Assembly: GCA_040954595.2 (NCBI GenBank)
Contig: CM082576.2
Span: forward strand, 19,019,028-19,083,027
Reading direction: 5' to 3'
DNA length: 64,000 bases
Source of the DNA: Balanoglossus misakiensis
Lineage: Eukaryota > Animalia > Hemichordata
Position numbers and translations under genes: made by a program
The notes under the pieces: generated by a model
The model's input: the letters and a program-made list of their open reading frames with translations, nothing else
The model's database searches: none
What the model was told of the DNA's origin: nothing
In this document: in pieces, positions 12,360 to 26,778 of the stretch
How the letters are laid out: the number at the start of each line of letters is the position of its first letter
Position numbering within the stretch: the stretch's first letter is position 1

Positions 12360-15300
12360 TAATTATACATAGATATGCATCTTGTTAAAATGCACAACAG
12401 TCACGATTTTGTTCACACGAGTTTGATTGCTGCCAGGACATAACCCAAATGTTTTGATAATTTTGGCAATGACCTTTGAACTACTATCCCATGCCTTGGC
12501 ATGTACAGCAGATACAGCCTTCAAATTTGGAGGACTGGAACACCTAATGAAGTACATGTATTAACTTTAACACAATAATTATGTACATAAGCTCTTTAAA
12601 GTTACCCAATAGATCTTAGAAGTCTGGTTTTTGCTGGACACTGATTAGTTTGATATCAAAATTTGTTGGCCCAACTTTGCGTGAACTCTGGCTTACTTAC
12701 CATTTCTCAGCACCCATAACAAATACAGCCTTTGCTTTCTGTTGGAACCATGCTAACCACTTTGGCTCCTCCAATGCTGCTTATAGTTGGGTCTTCTTCA
12801 TGGCAGCCATATTTGATTTTTGGATAACCTTTAAAAGTTGACATTTTTTTCAAAAATTACAAGGCCAATCAAGTTCTTATTTACAGTCCGTTCCAATTTT
12901 TTTCAATAATATTGTTAGTGGTCATGCGAATTTGGATTCATTATCGATTTTTGAAAAATCTCATGAAAAATTTCCAAAGTCTTTTTTTAATCAAGCTTTC
13001 AAGTGAATTGTGATTGCTTTAACCTTATTCGAGCCAAATTGTATTTTCTGAACACCGATGAAAAACAAAGATTTCCTATTTCTAGCCTACTCATTGATAG
13101 CACACAAATTAATTTTATTGATACGAGTCACCATATGACTAGAATACGTTACATTTTTGGCAACTTTCACATGTTCTTTGATCCAGTTGTTTTTCAGAAT
13201 TTGATTAAACAATTTATTGGCCACTCTCACATGTCCTTTGATCCAGTAATTCTAGAACTTAATTTTATGTGGATATGCCTCTTGTTAAAAAGCACAACAG
13301 TCATGATTTTGTTCACATGAGAACTATTGCTGCCAGGACATAACCCAACTATTTTTATAATTCTGGCAATGATCTACTTTCCCATAACTTGCCATGCACA
13401 GCAGATACAGCTTTCAAATTTAGGGGACTGGAACATCTAATGAAGTATTAATCTTTAACACAATACTTATGTACGTATCCTATTTAAAGTTAACCAATAG
13501 AGCTTAGAACTTTGGTTCTTGTTGAACACTGATCAGTTTGATATCAGATTTTGTTGGCACAATTTTGCGTGACCTCTGGCTTACTTACCATTTCTAGCCA
13601 TCCAAAAAAGATACATAGCTTGCTTTCTGTTGGAACCATGTTAACTGCTTTGGCACCTGTAATGCTGCATGTTCCTTTAATTGTCTTCTTCATGGTGGCT
13701 ATATTGAATTTTCTGATAACCTCTAAAAGTTGACATTTTTTTCAAAACTACAGGGCCAATCAAGTTCTAATTTACTGTCCCTTCCAATTTTTTTCAATAA
13801 TATTGTTAGTGGTCATGCGAATTTGGATTCATTATGGATTTTTGAAAAATGTCATGAAAAATTTCCAAAGTCTTTTTTTAATCAAGCTTTCAAGTGTATT
13901 GTGATTGCTTTAACCTTATTCGAGCCAAATTGGATTTTCTGAACTCTGATTAAAAACGAAGATTTCCTATTTCTAGCCTACTCATTGAAAGCACGCAAAT
14001 TCATTTTATTGATATGAGTCACCATATGAATAGAATACTTTACATTTTTTGGCAAATTTCACATGTCCTTTGATTCAGATTTGTTAGAACTGAATTGTAC
14101 TTGGATATGTCTCTTGTTAAAAAGCACAACAGTCATGATTGTGTTCACTTGAGTTTTGTCGCTGCCAGGACATAACCGAAATATTTTGATAATTTTGGCA
14201 ATGACCCTTGATCTACTTGGATATGTCTCATGTTAAAAAGCACAACAGTCTTGATTTTGTTCACACGAGTTTTATCGCTGCCAGGACATAACCAAAATAT
14301 TTTGATAATTTTGGCAATGACCCTTGATCTACTTGGATATGTCTCTTGTTAAAAAGCACAACAGTCTTGATTTTGTTCACATGAGTTTTATCGCTGCCAG
14401 GACATAACAAAAATATTTTGATAATTTTGGCAAAGACTCTTGATCTACTTGGATATGTCTCTTGTTAAAAAGCACAACAGTCTTGATTTTGTTCACATGA
14501 GTTTTATCACTGCCAGGACATAACCCAAATATATTGATAATTTTGGCAATGACCCTTGATCTACTTGGATATGTCTCTTGTTAAAATACACAACAGTCTT
14601 GATTTTGTTCACATGAGTTTTATCGCTGCCAGGACATAACCCAAATATTTTGATAATTTTGGCAATGACCCTTGATCTACTTGGATATGTCTCTTGTTAA
14701 AAAGCACAACAGTCATGATTGTGTTCACACGAGTTTTATTAGGACATAACCCAAATATTTTGTTAAGTTTGGCAATGACCCTTGATCTTCTTGGATATGT
14801 CTCTTGTTAAAAAGCACAACTGTCATGATTTTGTTCACATGAGTTTTATTGCTGCCAGGACATAACCCAAATATTTTGATAATTTTGGCAATGACCCTTG
14901 ATCTACTTGGATATGTCTCTTGTTAAAAAGCACAACAGTCAGGATTTTGTTCACATGAGTTTTATCACTGCCAGGACATAACCCAAATATATTGATAATT
15001 TTGGCAATGACCCTTGATCTACTTGGATATGTCTCTTGTTAAAATACACAACAGTCTTGATTTTGTTCACATGAGTTTTATCGCTGCCAGGACATAACCC
15101 AAATATTTTGATAATTTTGGCAATGACCCTTGATCTACTTGGATATGTCTCTTGATAAAAAGCACAACAGTCATGATTGTGTTCACATGAGTTTTATTGC
15201 TGCCAGGACATAACCCAAATATTTTGATAATTTTGGTAATGACCCTTGATCTTCTTGGATATGTCTCTTGTTAAAAAGCACAACAGTCATGATTGTGTTC

Positions 15301-18300
15301 ACACGAGTTTTATTGCTGCCAGGACATAACCCAAATATTTTTATAATTTTGGCCATGACCCTTGATCTACTTGGATATGTCTCTTGTTAAAAAGCACAAC
15401 AGTCATGATTTTGTTTACGTGACTACTATTGCTGCCAGGACTTAACCCAAATATTTTGATAATCTTGGCAATGACCCTTGTTCTACTTGGATATGTCTCT
15501 TGATAAAAAGCACAACAGTCATGATTGTGTTCACACGAGTTTTATTGCTGCCAGGACATAACCCAAATATTTTGATAATTTTGGCAATGACCCTTGAACT
15601 ACTTGGATATGTCTCTTGTTAAAAAGCACAACAGACATTATTTTGTTTACGTGACTACTATTGCTGCCAGGACATAACCCAAATATTTTGATAATTTTGG
15701 CAATGACCCTTGATCTACTTGGATATGTCTCTTGTTAAAAAGCACAACAGTCATGATTGTGTTCACACAAGTTTTATTGCTGCCAGGACATAACCCAAAT
15801 ATTTTTATAATTTTGGCCATGACCCTTGATCTACTTGGATATGTCTCTTGTTAAAAAGCACAACAGTCATGATTTTGTTTACGTGACTACTATTGCTGCC
15901 AGGACTTAACCCAAATATTTTGATAATCTTGGCAATGACCCTTGTTCTACTTGGATATGTCTCTTGATAAAAAGCACAACAGTCATGATTGTGTTCACAC
16001 GAGTTTTATTGATGCCAGGACATAACCCAAATATTTTGATAATTTTGGCCATGACCCTTGATCTACTTGGATATGTCTCTTGTTAAAAAGCACAACAGTC
16101 ATGATTTTGTTTACGTGACTACTATTGCTGCCAGGACTTAACCCAAATATTTTGATAATTTTGGCAATGACCCTTGATCTACTTGGATATGTCTCTTGAT
16201 AAAAAGCACAACAGTCATGATTGTGCTCACATGAGTTTTATTCCTGCCAGGACATATACCAAATATTTTGATAATTTTGGCAATGACTCTTGATCTACTT
16301 GGATATGTCTCTTGTTAAAAAGCACAACAGTCATTATTTTGTTCACATGAGTTTTATTGCTGCCAGGACATAACCCAAATATTTTGATAATTATGGCAAT
16401 GACCCTTGATCTTCTTGGATATGTCTCTTGTTAAAGAGCACAACAGTCATGATTGTGTTCACACGAGTTTTATTGCTGTCAGGACATAACCCAAATATTT
16501 TGATAATTTTGGCAATGACCCTTGATCTACTTGGATATGTCTCTTGTTAAAAAGCACATCAGTCATGATTTTGTTAACATGAGTTTTATTGCTGCCAGGA
16601 CATACACCAAATATTTTGATAATTTTGGCAATGACTCTTGATCTACTTGGATATGTCTCTTGTTAAAAAGCACAACAGTCATTATTTTGTTCACATGAGT
16701 TTTATTGCTGCCAGGACATAACCTAAATATTTTGATAATTATGGCAATGACCCTTGAACTACTTGGATATGTCTCTTGATAAAAAGCCCAACAGTCATTA
16801 TTTTGTTCACACGAGTTTTATTGCTGCCATGACATAACCCAAATATTTTGATAATTTTGGCAATGACCCTTGAACTACTTGGATATATCTCTTGTTAAAA
16901 AGCACAACAGTCATTATTTTGTTCACATGAGTTTTATTGCTGCCAGGACATAACACAAATATTTTGATAATTTTGGCAATGACCCTTGATCTACTTGGAT
17001 ATGTCTCTTGTTAAAAAGCACAACAAGTCATTATTGTGTTCACATGAGTTTTATTGCTGCCAGGACATAACCAAAATATTTTGATAATTTTGGCAATGAC
17101 CCTTGATCTACTTGGATATGTCTCTTGTTAAAAAGCACAACAGTCATGATTTTGTTTACGTGACTACTATTGCTGCCAGGACATAACCCAAATATTTTGA
17201 TAATTTTGGCAATGACCCTTGATGTACTTGGATATGTCTCTTGTTAAAAAGCACAACAGTCATGATTGTGTTCACACGAGTTTTATTGCTGCCAGGACAT
17301 AACCCAAATATTTTGATAATTTTGGCAATGACCCTTGATCTACTTGGATATGTCTCTTGATAAAAAGCACAACAGTCATGATTGTGTTCACATGAGTTTT
17401 ATTGCTGCCAGGACATAACCCAAATATTTTGATAATTTTGGTAATGACCCTTGATCTTCTTGGATATGTCTCTTGTTAAAAAGCACAACAGTCATGATTG
17501 TGTTCACACGAGTTTGATTGCTGCCAGGACATAACCCAAATATTTTGATAATTTTGGCAATGACCCTTGATCTACTTGGATATGTCTCTTGTTAAAAAGC
17601 ACATCAGTCATGATTTTGTTAACATGAATTTTATTGCTGCCAGGACATATACCAAATATTTTGATAATTTTGGCAATGACTCTTGATCTACATGAGTTTT
17701 ATTGCTGACATGCCATAACCCAAATATTTTGATAATTTTGGCAATGACCCTTGATCTACTTGGATATGTCTCTTGTTAAAAAGCACAACAGTCATGATTG
17801 TGTTCACACAAGTTTTATTGCTGCCAGGACATAACCCAAATATTTTTTATAATTTTGGCCATGACCCTTGATCTACTTGGATATGTCTCTTGTTAAAAAG
17901 CACAACAGTCATGATTTTGTTTACGTGACTACTATTGCTACCAGGACTTAACCCAAATATTTTGATAATCTTGGCAATGACCCTTGATCTACTTGGATAT
18001 GTCTCTTGATAAAAAGCACAACAGTCATGATTGTGTTCACACGAGTTTTATTGCTGCCAGGACATAACCCAAATATTTTGATAATTTTGGCCATGACCCT
18101 TGATCTACTTGGATATGTCTCTTGTTAAAAAGCACAACAGTCATGATTTTGTTTACGTGACTACTATTGCTGCCAGGACTTAACCCAAATATTTTGATAA
18201 TTTTGGCAATGACCCTTGATCTACTTGGATATGTCTCTTGATAAAAAGCACAACAGTCATGATTGTGCTCACATGCGTTTTATTGCTGCCAGGACATATA

Positions 18301-21300
18301 CCAAATATTTTGATAATTTTGGCAATGACTCTTGATCTACTTGGATATGTCTCTTGTTAAAAAGCACAACAGTCATTATTTTGTTCACATGAGTTTTATT
18401 GCTGCCAGGACATAACCCAAATATTTTGATAATTATGGCAATGACCCGTGATCTTCTTTGATATGTCTCTTGTTAAAGAGCACAACAGTCATGATTGTGT
18501 TCACACGAGTTTTATTGCTGTCAGGACATAACCCAAATATTTTGATAATTTTGGCAATGACCCTTGATCTACTTGGATACGTCTCTTGTTAAAAAGCACA
18601 TCAGTCTTGATTTTGTTAACATGAGTTTTATTGCTGCCAGGACATACACCAAATATTTTGATAATTTTGGCAATGACTCTTGATCTACTTGGATATGTCT
18701 CTTGTTAAAAAGCACAACAGTCATTATTTTGTTCACATGAGTTTTATTGCTGCCAGGACATAACCTAAATATTTTGATAATTATGGCAATGACCCTTGAA
18801 CTACTTGGATATGTCTCTTGATAAAAAGCCCAACAGTCATTATTTTGTTCACATGAGTTTTATTGCTGCCATGACATAACCCTAATATTTTGATAATTTT
18901 GGCAATGACCCTTGAACTACTTGGATATGTCTCTTGTTAAAAAGAACAACAGTCATTATTTTGTTCACATGAGTTTTATTGCTGCCAGGACATAACCAAA
19001 ATATTTTGATAATTTTGGCAATGACCCTTGATCTACTTGGATATGTCTCTTGTTAAAAAGCACAACAGTCATGATTTTGTTTACGTGACTACTATTGCTG
19101 CCAGGACATAACCCAAATATTTTGATAATTTTGGCAATGACCCTTGATCTACTTGGATATGTCTCTTGTTAAAAAGCACAACAGTCATGATTGTGTTCAC
19201 ACGAGTTTTATTGCTGCCAGGACATAACCCAAATATTTTGATAATTTTGGCAATGACCCTTGATCTACTTGGATATGTCTCTTGATAAAAAGCACAACAG
19301 TCATGATTGTGTTCACATGAGTTTTATTGCTGCCAGGACATAACCCAAATATTTTGATAATTTTGGTAATGACCCTTGATCTTCTTGGATATGTCTCTTG
19401 TTAAAAAGCACAACAGTCATGATTGTGTTCACACGAGTTTTATTGCTGCCAGGACATAACCCAAATATTTTGATAATTTTGGCAATGACCCTTGATCTAC
19501 TTGGATATGTCTCTTGTTAAAAAGCACATCAGTCATGATTTTGTTAACATGAATTTTATTGCTGCCAGGACATATACCAAATAGTTTGATAATTTTGGCA
19601 ATGACTCTTGATCTACATGAGTTTTATTGCTGACATGACATAACCCAAATATTTTGATAATTTTGGAAATGACCCTTGATCTACTTGGATATGTCTCTTG
19701 TTAAAAATCACAACAGTCATGATTGTGTTCACACAAGTTTTATTGCTGCCAGGACATAACCCAAATATTTTTTATAATTTTGGCCATGACCCTTGATCTA
19801 CTTGGATATGTCTCTTGTTAAAAAGCACAACAGTCATGATTTTGTTTACGTGACTACTATTGCTGCCAGGACTTAACCCAAATATTTTGATAATCTTGGC
19901 AATGACCCTTGATCTACTTGGATATGTCTCTTGATAAAAAGCACAACAGTCATGATTGTGTTCACATGAGTTTTATTGCTGCCAGGACATAACCCAAATA
20001 TTTTGATAATGTTGGTAATGACCCTTGATCTTCTTGGATATGTCTCTTGTTAAAAAGCACAACAGTCATGATTGTGTTCACACGACTTTTATTGCTGCCA
20101 GGACATAACCCAAATATTTTGATAATTTTGGCAATGACCCTTGATCTACTTGGATATGTCTCTTGTTAAAAAGCACATCAGTCATGATTTTGTTCACATG
20201 AGTTTTATTGCTGCCAGGACATAACCTAAATATTTTGATAATTATGGCAATGACCCTTGAACTACTTGGATATGTCTCTTGATAAAAAGCCCAACAGTCA
20301 TTATTTTGTTCACATGAGTTTTATTGCTGCCATGACATAACCCAAATATTTTGATAATTTTGGCAATGACCCTTGAACTACTTGGATATGTCTCTTGTTA
20401 AAAAGCACAACAGTCATTATTTTGTTCACATGAGTTTTATTGCTGCCAGGACATAACACAAATATTTTGATAATTTTGGCAATGACCCTTGATCTACTTG
20501 GATATGTCTCTTGTTAAAAAGCACAACAGTCATTATTGTGTTCACATGAGTTTTATTGCTGCCAGGACATAACCAAAATATTTTGATAATTTTGGCAATG
20601 ACCCTTGATCTACTTGGAGATGTCTCTTTTTAAAAAGCACAACAGTCATGATTTTGTTTACGTGACTACTATTGCTGCCAGGACATAACCGAAATATTTT
20701 GATAATTTTGGCAATGAACCTTGATCTACTTGGAGATGTCTCCTTTTAAAAAGCACAACAGTCATGATTTTGTTTACGTGACTACTATTGCTGCCAGGAC
20801 ATAACCGAAATATTTTGATAATTTTGGCAATGACCCTTGATCTACTTGGATATGTCTCTTGTTAAAAAGCACAACAGTCATGATTGTGTTTAAATGAGTT
20901 TTATTGCTGCCAGGACATAACCCAAATATTTTGATAATTTTGGCAATGACTCTTGATCTACTTGGATATGTCTCTTGTTAAAAAGCACAACAGTCATGAT
21001 TGTGTTCACATGAATTCTATTGCTGTCAGGACATAACCCAAATATTTTGATAATTTTGGCAATGACCCTTGATCTACTTGGATATGTCTCTTGTTAAAAG
21101 CACAACAGTCGTGATTTGTTCACACAAGTACTACTGCTGCCAGGGCATAACCCAAATATTTTGATAATTTTTGCAATGACCCTTGATCTACTTGGGTATG
21201 TCTCTTGTCAAAAAGCACAGCAGTCATGATTTTGTTCACATGAGTTTTATTGCTGCCAGGACATAACCCAAATATTTTGATAATTTTGGCAATGACCCTT

Positions 21301-23400
21301 AATCTACATTTCCAAAACTTGGTATGCACAGCAGATACAGCTTTTAAATTTAGAGGACCGGAACACCTAATGAAATACATGTATTAACCTTAACACAATA
21401 ATTATGTATATAAGCTATTTAAAGTTAACCAATAAAGCGTAGAAGTCTGCTTGTTGTTGGACACTGATCAGTTTGGTATCAAATTTTGTTGGCACATTTT
21501 GCATCACCTCTGGCGTACTTTACCATTTCTAGGCATCCACAACAGATACAGCCTTCACTTTCTGTTGGAACCATGCTAACCACTTTGGCCACTCCAATGC
21601 TGCTTGTAGCTCTAATTGTCTTCTTAATGGCAGCCATATTGGATTTTCTAATAACTTTTAAAAGTTGACATTTTCATAAACTACAGGGCCAATCAAATTG
21701 TAGTTTACTGTAGGGTTGAAAGTTTGACAAAAATATCATTAGTGGTCATGTGACTTTGGGTGCCTTATTAGATTTTTTAAAAATCTCATTAAAAAATTAC
21801 AAAAAATCTTTTTCTAATCAAATTTTCAAGTGAATTGTGATTGGTGTAACCTTATCAGAGCTAAATTGGATTTTCTGAACCCCGATTAAAAACTAAAATT
21901 CCCTATTTCTAGCCTACTCATTGAAAGCACACAATTTCCTTATATGGATACGAGTCACCATATGATTAGAATACGTTACATATTTTGGCAACTTTCACAT
22001 GTTCTTTGATCCATACTGTGCAGTTAAAAGTTTGACAATAATATCGTTAGCAGCCATGTGACTTTGAATGCCTTATTGGAATTTTGAAAAAACTCATAAA
22101 AAATTCAAACAGACGTTTTCTAATCAAGTTTTCAAGTGAAATGTGATTGGTGTCACCTTATTGGAGCCAAATTGGATTTCTCTGAACACTGATTAAAAAC
22201 TAAGATTTCCTATTTCTAGCCTACTCATTGAAAACAAACAAATTAATTTTTGCCAGCAATTTGTTGGCAACTCTCGCATGTCCTTTGACCCAGTAATTCC
22301 AGAACTTAATTTTATGTGGATATGGCTCTTGTTAAAAAGCATAACAGTCTTGATTGTGGTCACATGAGTTTTATTGCTGCCAGGACTTAACCCAAATATT
22401 TTGATAATTTTGGCAATGACCCTTGATCTACTTGGATATGTCTCTTGTTAAAAGCACAACAGTCATGATTTGTTCACACAAGTACTACTGCTGCCAGGGC
22501 ATAACCCAAATATTTTGATAATTTTGGCAATGACCCTTGATCTACTTGGGTATGTCTCTTTTTAAAAAGCACAACAGTCATGATTTTGTTCACATGAGTT
22601 TTATTGCTGCCAGGACATAACCCAAATATTTTGATAATTTTGGCAATGACCCTTGATCTACATTTCCAAAACTTGGTATGCACAGCATATACAGCTGTTA
22701 AATTTAGAGGACCGGAACACCTAATGAAGTACATGTATTAACCTTAACACAATAATTATGTATATAAGCTATTTAAAGTTAACCAATAAAGCGTAGAAGT
22801 CTGCTTTTTGTTGGACACTGATCAGTTTGGTATCAAATTTTGTTGGCACATTTTGCATCACCTCTAGCTTACTTTACCATTTCTAAGCATCCACAACAGA
22901 TACAGCCTTTGCTTTCTGTTGGAACCATGCTAACCGCTTTGGCCACTCCAATGCTACTTTTAGTTTTAATTGTCTTCTTCATGGCGGCCATATTGGCTTT
23001 TCTAATAAGCTTTAAAAGTTGAAATTTTCATAATCTACAGGGCCAATCAAGTTCTAATTTACTGTGCGATTGAAAGTTTGACAAAAATATCATTAGTGGT
23101 CATGTGACTTTTGTTGCCTTATGGATTTTTTAAAAATCTCATTAAAAAACTTCAAAAATCTTTTTCTAATCTAGTTTTCAAGTGAATTGTGATTGGCTAA
23201 ACCTTATTGGAGTCAAATTGGATTTTCTGAACAACGATTTAAAACTAAGATTTCCTATTTCTGGCCTACTCATTAATTATTCGTGGATATGCCTCTTGTT
23301 GAAAAGCACAATGGTGATGATTTTTTTCACACGAATAGTACTGCTGCCAGGACATAACCCAAATTTTTTGATAACATTGGCATTGAACTTTGAAGTTTGG
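12360..23400 (+). repeat. Head-to-tail array of ~0.8-1.35 kb HINE-derived units that hosts the 116-bp satellite
   Basis: Units restart near 12372, 13271, 14103, 22318 and 23284; paralogous ORFs 12363/21120/22474 and 13551/21486/22840; segments match the internal and 3' parts of the element at 23499-24771. Confidence 0.8.
14098..21305 (+). repeat. Satellite array, 116-bp monomer, ~62 copies
   Basis: ctacttggatatgtctcttgttaaaaagcacaacagtc..ggcaatgacccttgat recurs at 14213, 14329, 14445 (period 116) and on to ~21300. Confidence 0.97.
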
Positions 23401-23498
23401 CACCTGTATTCTTTTCTGAATATCTTATGGCGCCTAGACTAATAGCACTAGAGGTTTGGTTTTTGATGTATATGGACAAGTATGGGACTTAGCTTTTT

Positions 23499-24771
23499 TT
23501 AGGGGCACAAGCCTATCGGGCTTGTGCCCCTATTGGTATTGTTGGAATTTTTCTTATTATTATTATTATTATTATTATTCTTCCGAGAAATATGTCATTG
23601 TAGATCTGGAAAACCGCAGCACCTAGGGGGCAGAAACTTGGTAGGGTGGTAGGGGCCAATGAGTAGATGTGCAGTGGCTCGTGAATATTTAATTAGTCAC
23701 GTGACCTGGCGGCCATATTGGATTTCCTGAAAATCGTTAAACGAGTCCTTCTCAAAAACCACTGGGCTGATCGAGTTCAAATTTGGTGTGCAGGTAGCCT
23801 ACCTTATGTCCATCATTTTACCCTATTAAAATCATGACGTCATGCATAAAGTTTTTTTGCTATAATTGTTTTTCTGAAAAACAACTTAAAACTTTAAAAA
23901 TCTTCTTCTCCAGAACCAGCGATTGCCGAGTCACGGGATTCGGGGTATGTGGTCACCTAACCTATGTCTATCAAGTTTGCGAAGCGCACTGTGATTGGTC
24001 GATCATTATGGCGGCCATGTTGGATTTTCGGAAAACCATTGAAAAATGAAAATTCCGTTTTGTAGCCAAAATGTTGACAGCACGGAAATTCTTTTTTTGG
24101 ATATGAGTCATCATATGACCGGAAGTTGTCACAATTTTTCGGGGCAATTTTCACATGACCTTTGACCCAGTTTTAAAACAACTAATTATATATGCATATT
24201 CCCCATACCTCCTCTTGTCAAAGCACCACAGTCATGAATTTTGTGGACATGGGTACCAATGCTGCCAGGACATTACACAAATATTTTGGTAATTTTGGCA
24301 ATGACCCTTGACCTATTTCTGAAACATCATTTTTCTGCATATCTAATTCCATGCTACCCAAGAGGGCTAGAGGTCTGGTATTGGTTGGACATGGCCCACT
24401 CTGGGTTCAAAATGTTATGCCCAAATTGTGGGTGACCTTGGATGACCTTTGATCTACTTTCCCATATCTCAGCATCCAGAGCAGTTAGAGCCCTGGCTTT
24501 TATGGGGATTGAGCACATAATGGAGTCTTACACAAGACTTCATTAATTATGTGCATACCTAATTGCAGGCGAACCAATAGGGCTAGGGGTCTGGTTTTTT
24601 GTTGGATCTAGACTAGTATGGGGTCCAATTTTTTGCCCAAATTTGGGGTGACCTCAGGTGACCTTTGACCTACTTTCCCATATCTTGGTATCCCCAGCAG
24701 ATACAGCCGTGGCATTTGCTGGTCACCATGGGAACCGCTTGTGCCCTGCCAACGCTGCTTGCAGCTTTAAT
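23499..24771 (+). mobile_element. Non-autonomous Helentron-associated (HINE/DINE-1-like) element
   Basis: 5' palindrome ggggcacaagc..gcttgtgcccc, (ATT)n microsatellite, 3' subterminal repeat gcttgtgccc, short hairpin gctgcttgcagc then tttaat; inserted in a T run with no TSD. Confidence 0.8.
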
Positions 24772-25244
24772 GTTACATTTGGAATCCACTGGACCAATGT
24801 TGAGCTTATTAAATATGTGAATAACTAATGCTGAGCTTACCTATATTGTTACAGGTTGAATTTTTTATTAACATGCTCTACTATTGGACTTAATCTGAAT
24901 TTCTTGACCAATGATAACCTTCAAATTTTGAGGGCTGGAACACCTAATTACCAGGTTAACCAATAGAGCCAGAAGTCTTGTTTTCATTTTATGCTGATTA
25001 TTTTGGAAGAAAAAATTGTTGACAATTTTGGGTGAGCTCTTGGTGACCTTTGATCAGCTTTCCTATTTACATAGCAGATACAGCATTGGCACTCTCTGGT
25101 ATCCATAGGAACTGCTTTGACCTAGCCAATGTTGGTTGCACCTTAATTGCACCGCAGTATGTTGGTTTGGGCGAGCTTGCCACATTAATCCTATCATTAT
25201 CATTGATTTTATTGATTTCATGTTTTTAATTCTTTCATTCTTTT

Positions 25245-25830
25245 TTTTTCTGTAGGTCCCACCGGTACTCTTCTTCTTCTCTCTCTCTCTTTCTTTTTTT
25301 CTTTTTCCTCTTCTTTCTTTTCTCTTTTTTTTCCTTTTTTTTCTTTAGGCCCCAATGGTAACACCATAATCAACCTACTAACGTAAAATTTGATGGATGG
25401 AGAGAGCGGAGTGTCAACCATAGTCAACCTACTAATATAAACTTTGATGGAGGATGGATGGAGCGTCAACCATAGTCAACCTACTAATATAAACTTTGAT
25501 GGATGGATGGATGGAGCGGAGCGTCAACCATAGTCAACCTACTAAAATATAAACTTTGATGGATGGATGGTGCCGTGGAGCGTCAACTTAAATGATGGAG
25601 AAGTGGAAGGATGGAGAAGTGGAGTTTTTTTCTCTGTTTTTTCCTCTTTTTTTCCTGTAGGGCTCACTGGTAACACCATAATCAACCTACTAACGTAAAA
25701 TTTGATGGATGGATGAAGCGGCGTGTCAACCATAGTCAACCTACTAATATAAACTTTGATGGATGGATGGATGGAGCATCAACCTAAAGGATGGAGAAGT
25801 GGAAGAATGGAGAAGTGGAGTTTCAACATA
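25245..25830 (+). repeat. CT-rich tract plus ~55-60 bp minisatellite (caaccatagtcaacctactaatataaactttgatggatgg), duplicated as two blocks
   Basis: Direct repeats are visible; tggtaacaccataatcaacctactaacgtaaaatttgatgg occurs at ~25357 and ~25668. Confidence 0.85.
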
Positions 25831-26499
25831 ATATCCTATTGACCGAAATTATTAGTTAGAGTAATATAGACATACAAAACGAGGTGATCGTAATATAAAA
25901 CTTAATAGTCCAATAAATCGGGTTAATAATTGGTAGTGATTACTTGTTTTAAAATTAGGTTAACAGCAATGGCTTTGTGCAGGGTATGATAATAGGTTCT
26001 GAAATGTGTATGGTATAATAACGGTGAACAAATTTGAATTTGGTTTAATAAAAGGGTTAAAAATGTGATGATGGTTTTATGGTAAAATTGGAGTGTACAC
26101 AGGTTATAAAGGGGTAACAGTGGTTGCTTGTATGAAGGTAATGATAATAGGGTAACAAATGTGACTGGTATAAAAAATGTATAATAACGGGTTCATAATA
26201 TGATGATGGCTTGTGTACACAGGTTATAATGGGTATATGAATGAGAAGGGTATAATAATGGTAATAGGGTAACAAATGTGACTGGTATAAAAAGGTATAA
26301 TAACGGGTTCATAATATGATGATGGCTTGTGTACACAGGTTATAATGGGTATATGAATGAGAGGGGTATAATAATGGTAATAACTGTGTCAGGTTTAATA
26401 AGGGTAGCAATTGTGCAAGGGTATAATAACGATTAATAATTGTGGTGATGGCTTATGGTGATATTAAGTATAAAAGGGTGTTTAATATTGATGGTGATG

Positions 26500-26778
26500 A
26501 TAAAGGTATAATGATGATAAATCGTTAAATAAGTGTCCAGGGTCTAATAATCATGTTGGTTCATTCATTGGTTAATGTGAATATTTTATGAATAACATGC
26601 TATTATTTCTCAGATAGATAATACTCGTCAGTATCGTTATTCGGTGGAATTTCTCGCAACGGTACCCGTGATTGTATTCGCGCATCGACACATTGTACGC
26701 GACAGACATGCAGAAAATGTTAGCACAATGTTAGGTTAGCTTAACCTCCCCACCCCATCCAAATTCCAAATTTAGCTT
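26500..26778 (+). repeat. Dispersed direct repeat; partner at ~42835-43163
   Basis: Shared ggttcattcattggttaatgtg, cattgtacgcgacagacatgcagaaaat and aaattccaaatttagctt; upstream GTA-rich sequence is also similar. Confidence 0.85.

Noticed and set aside
14098-21305. CRISPR-like regular array
   Set aside because: Whole monomers repeat with no unique spacers, there are no cas genes, and the context is eukaryotic; it is a satellite.
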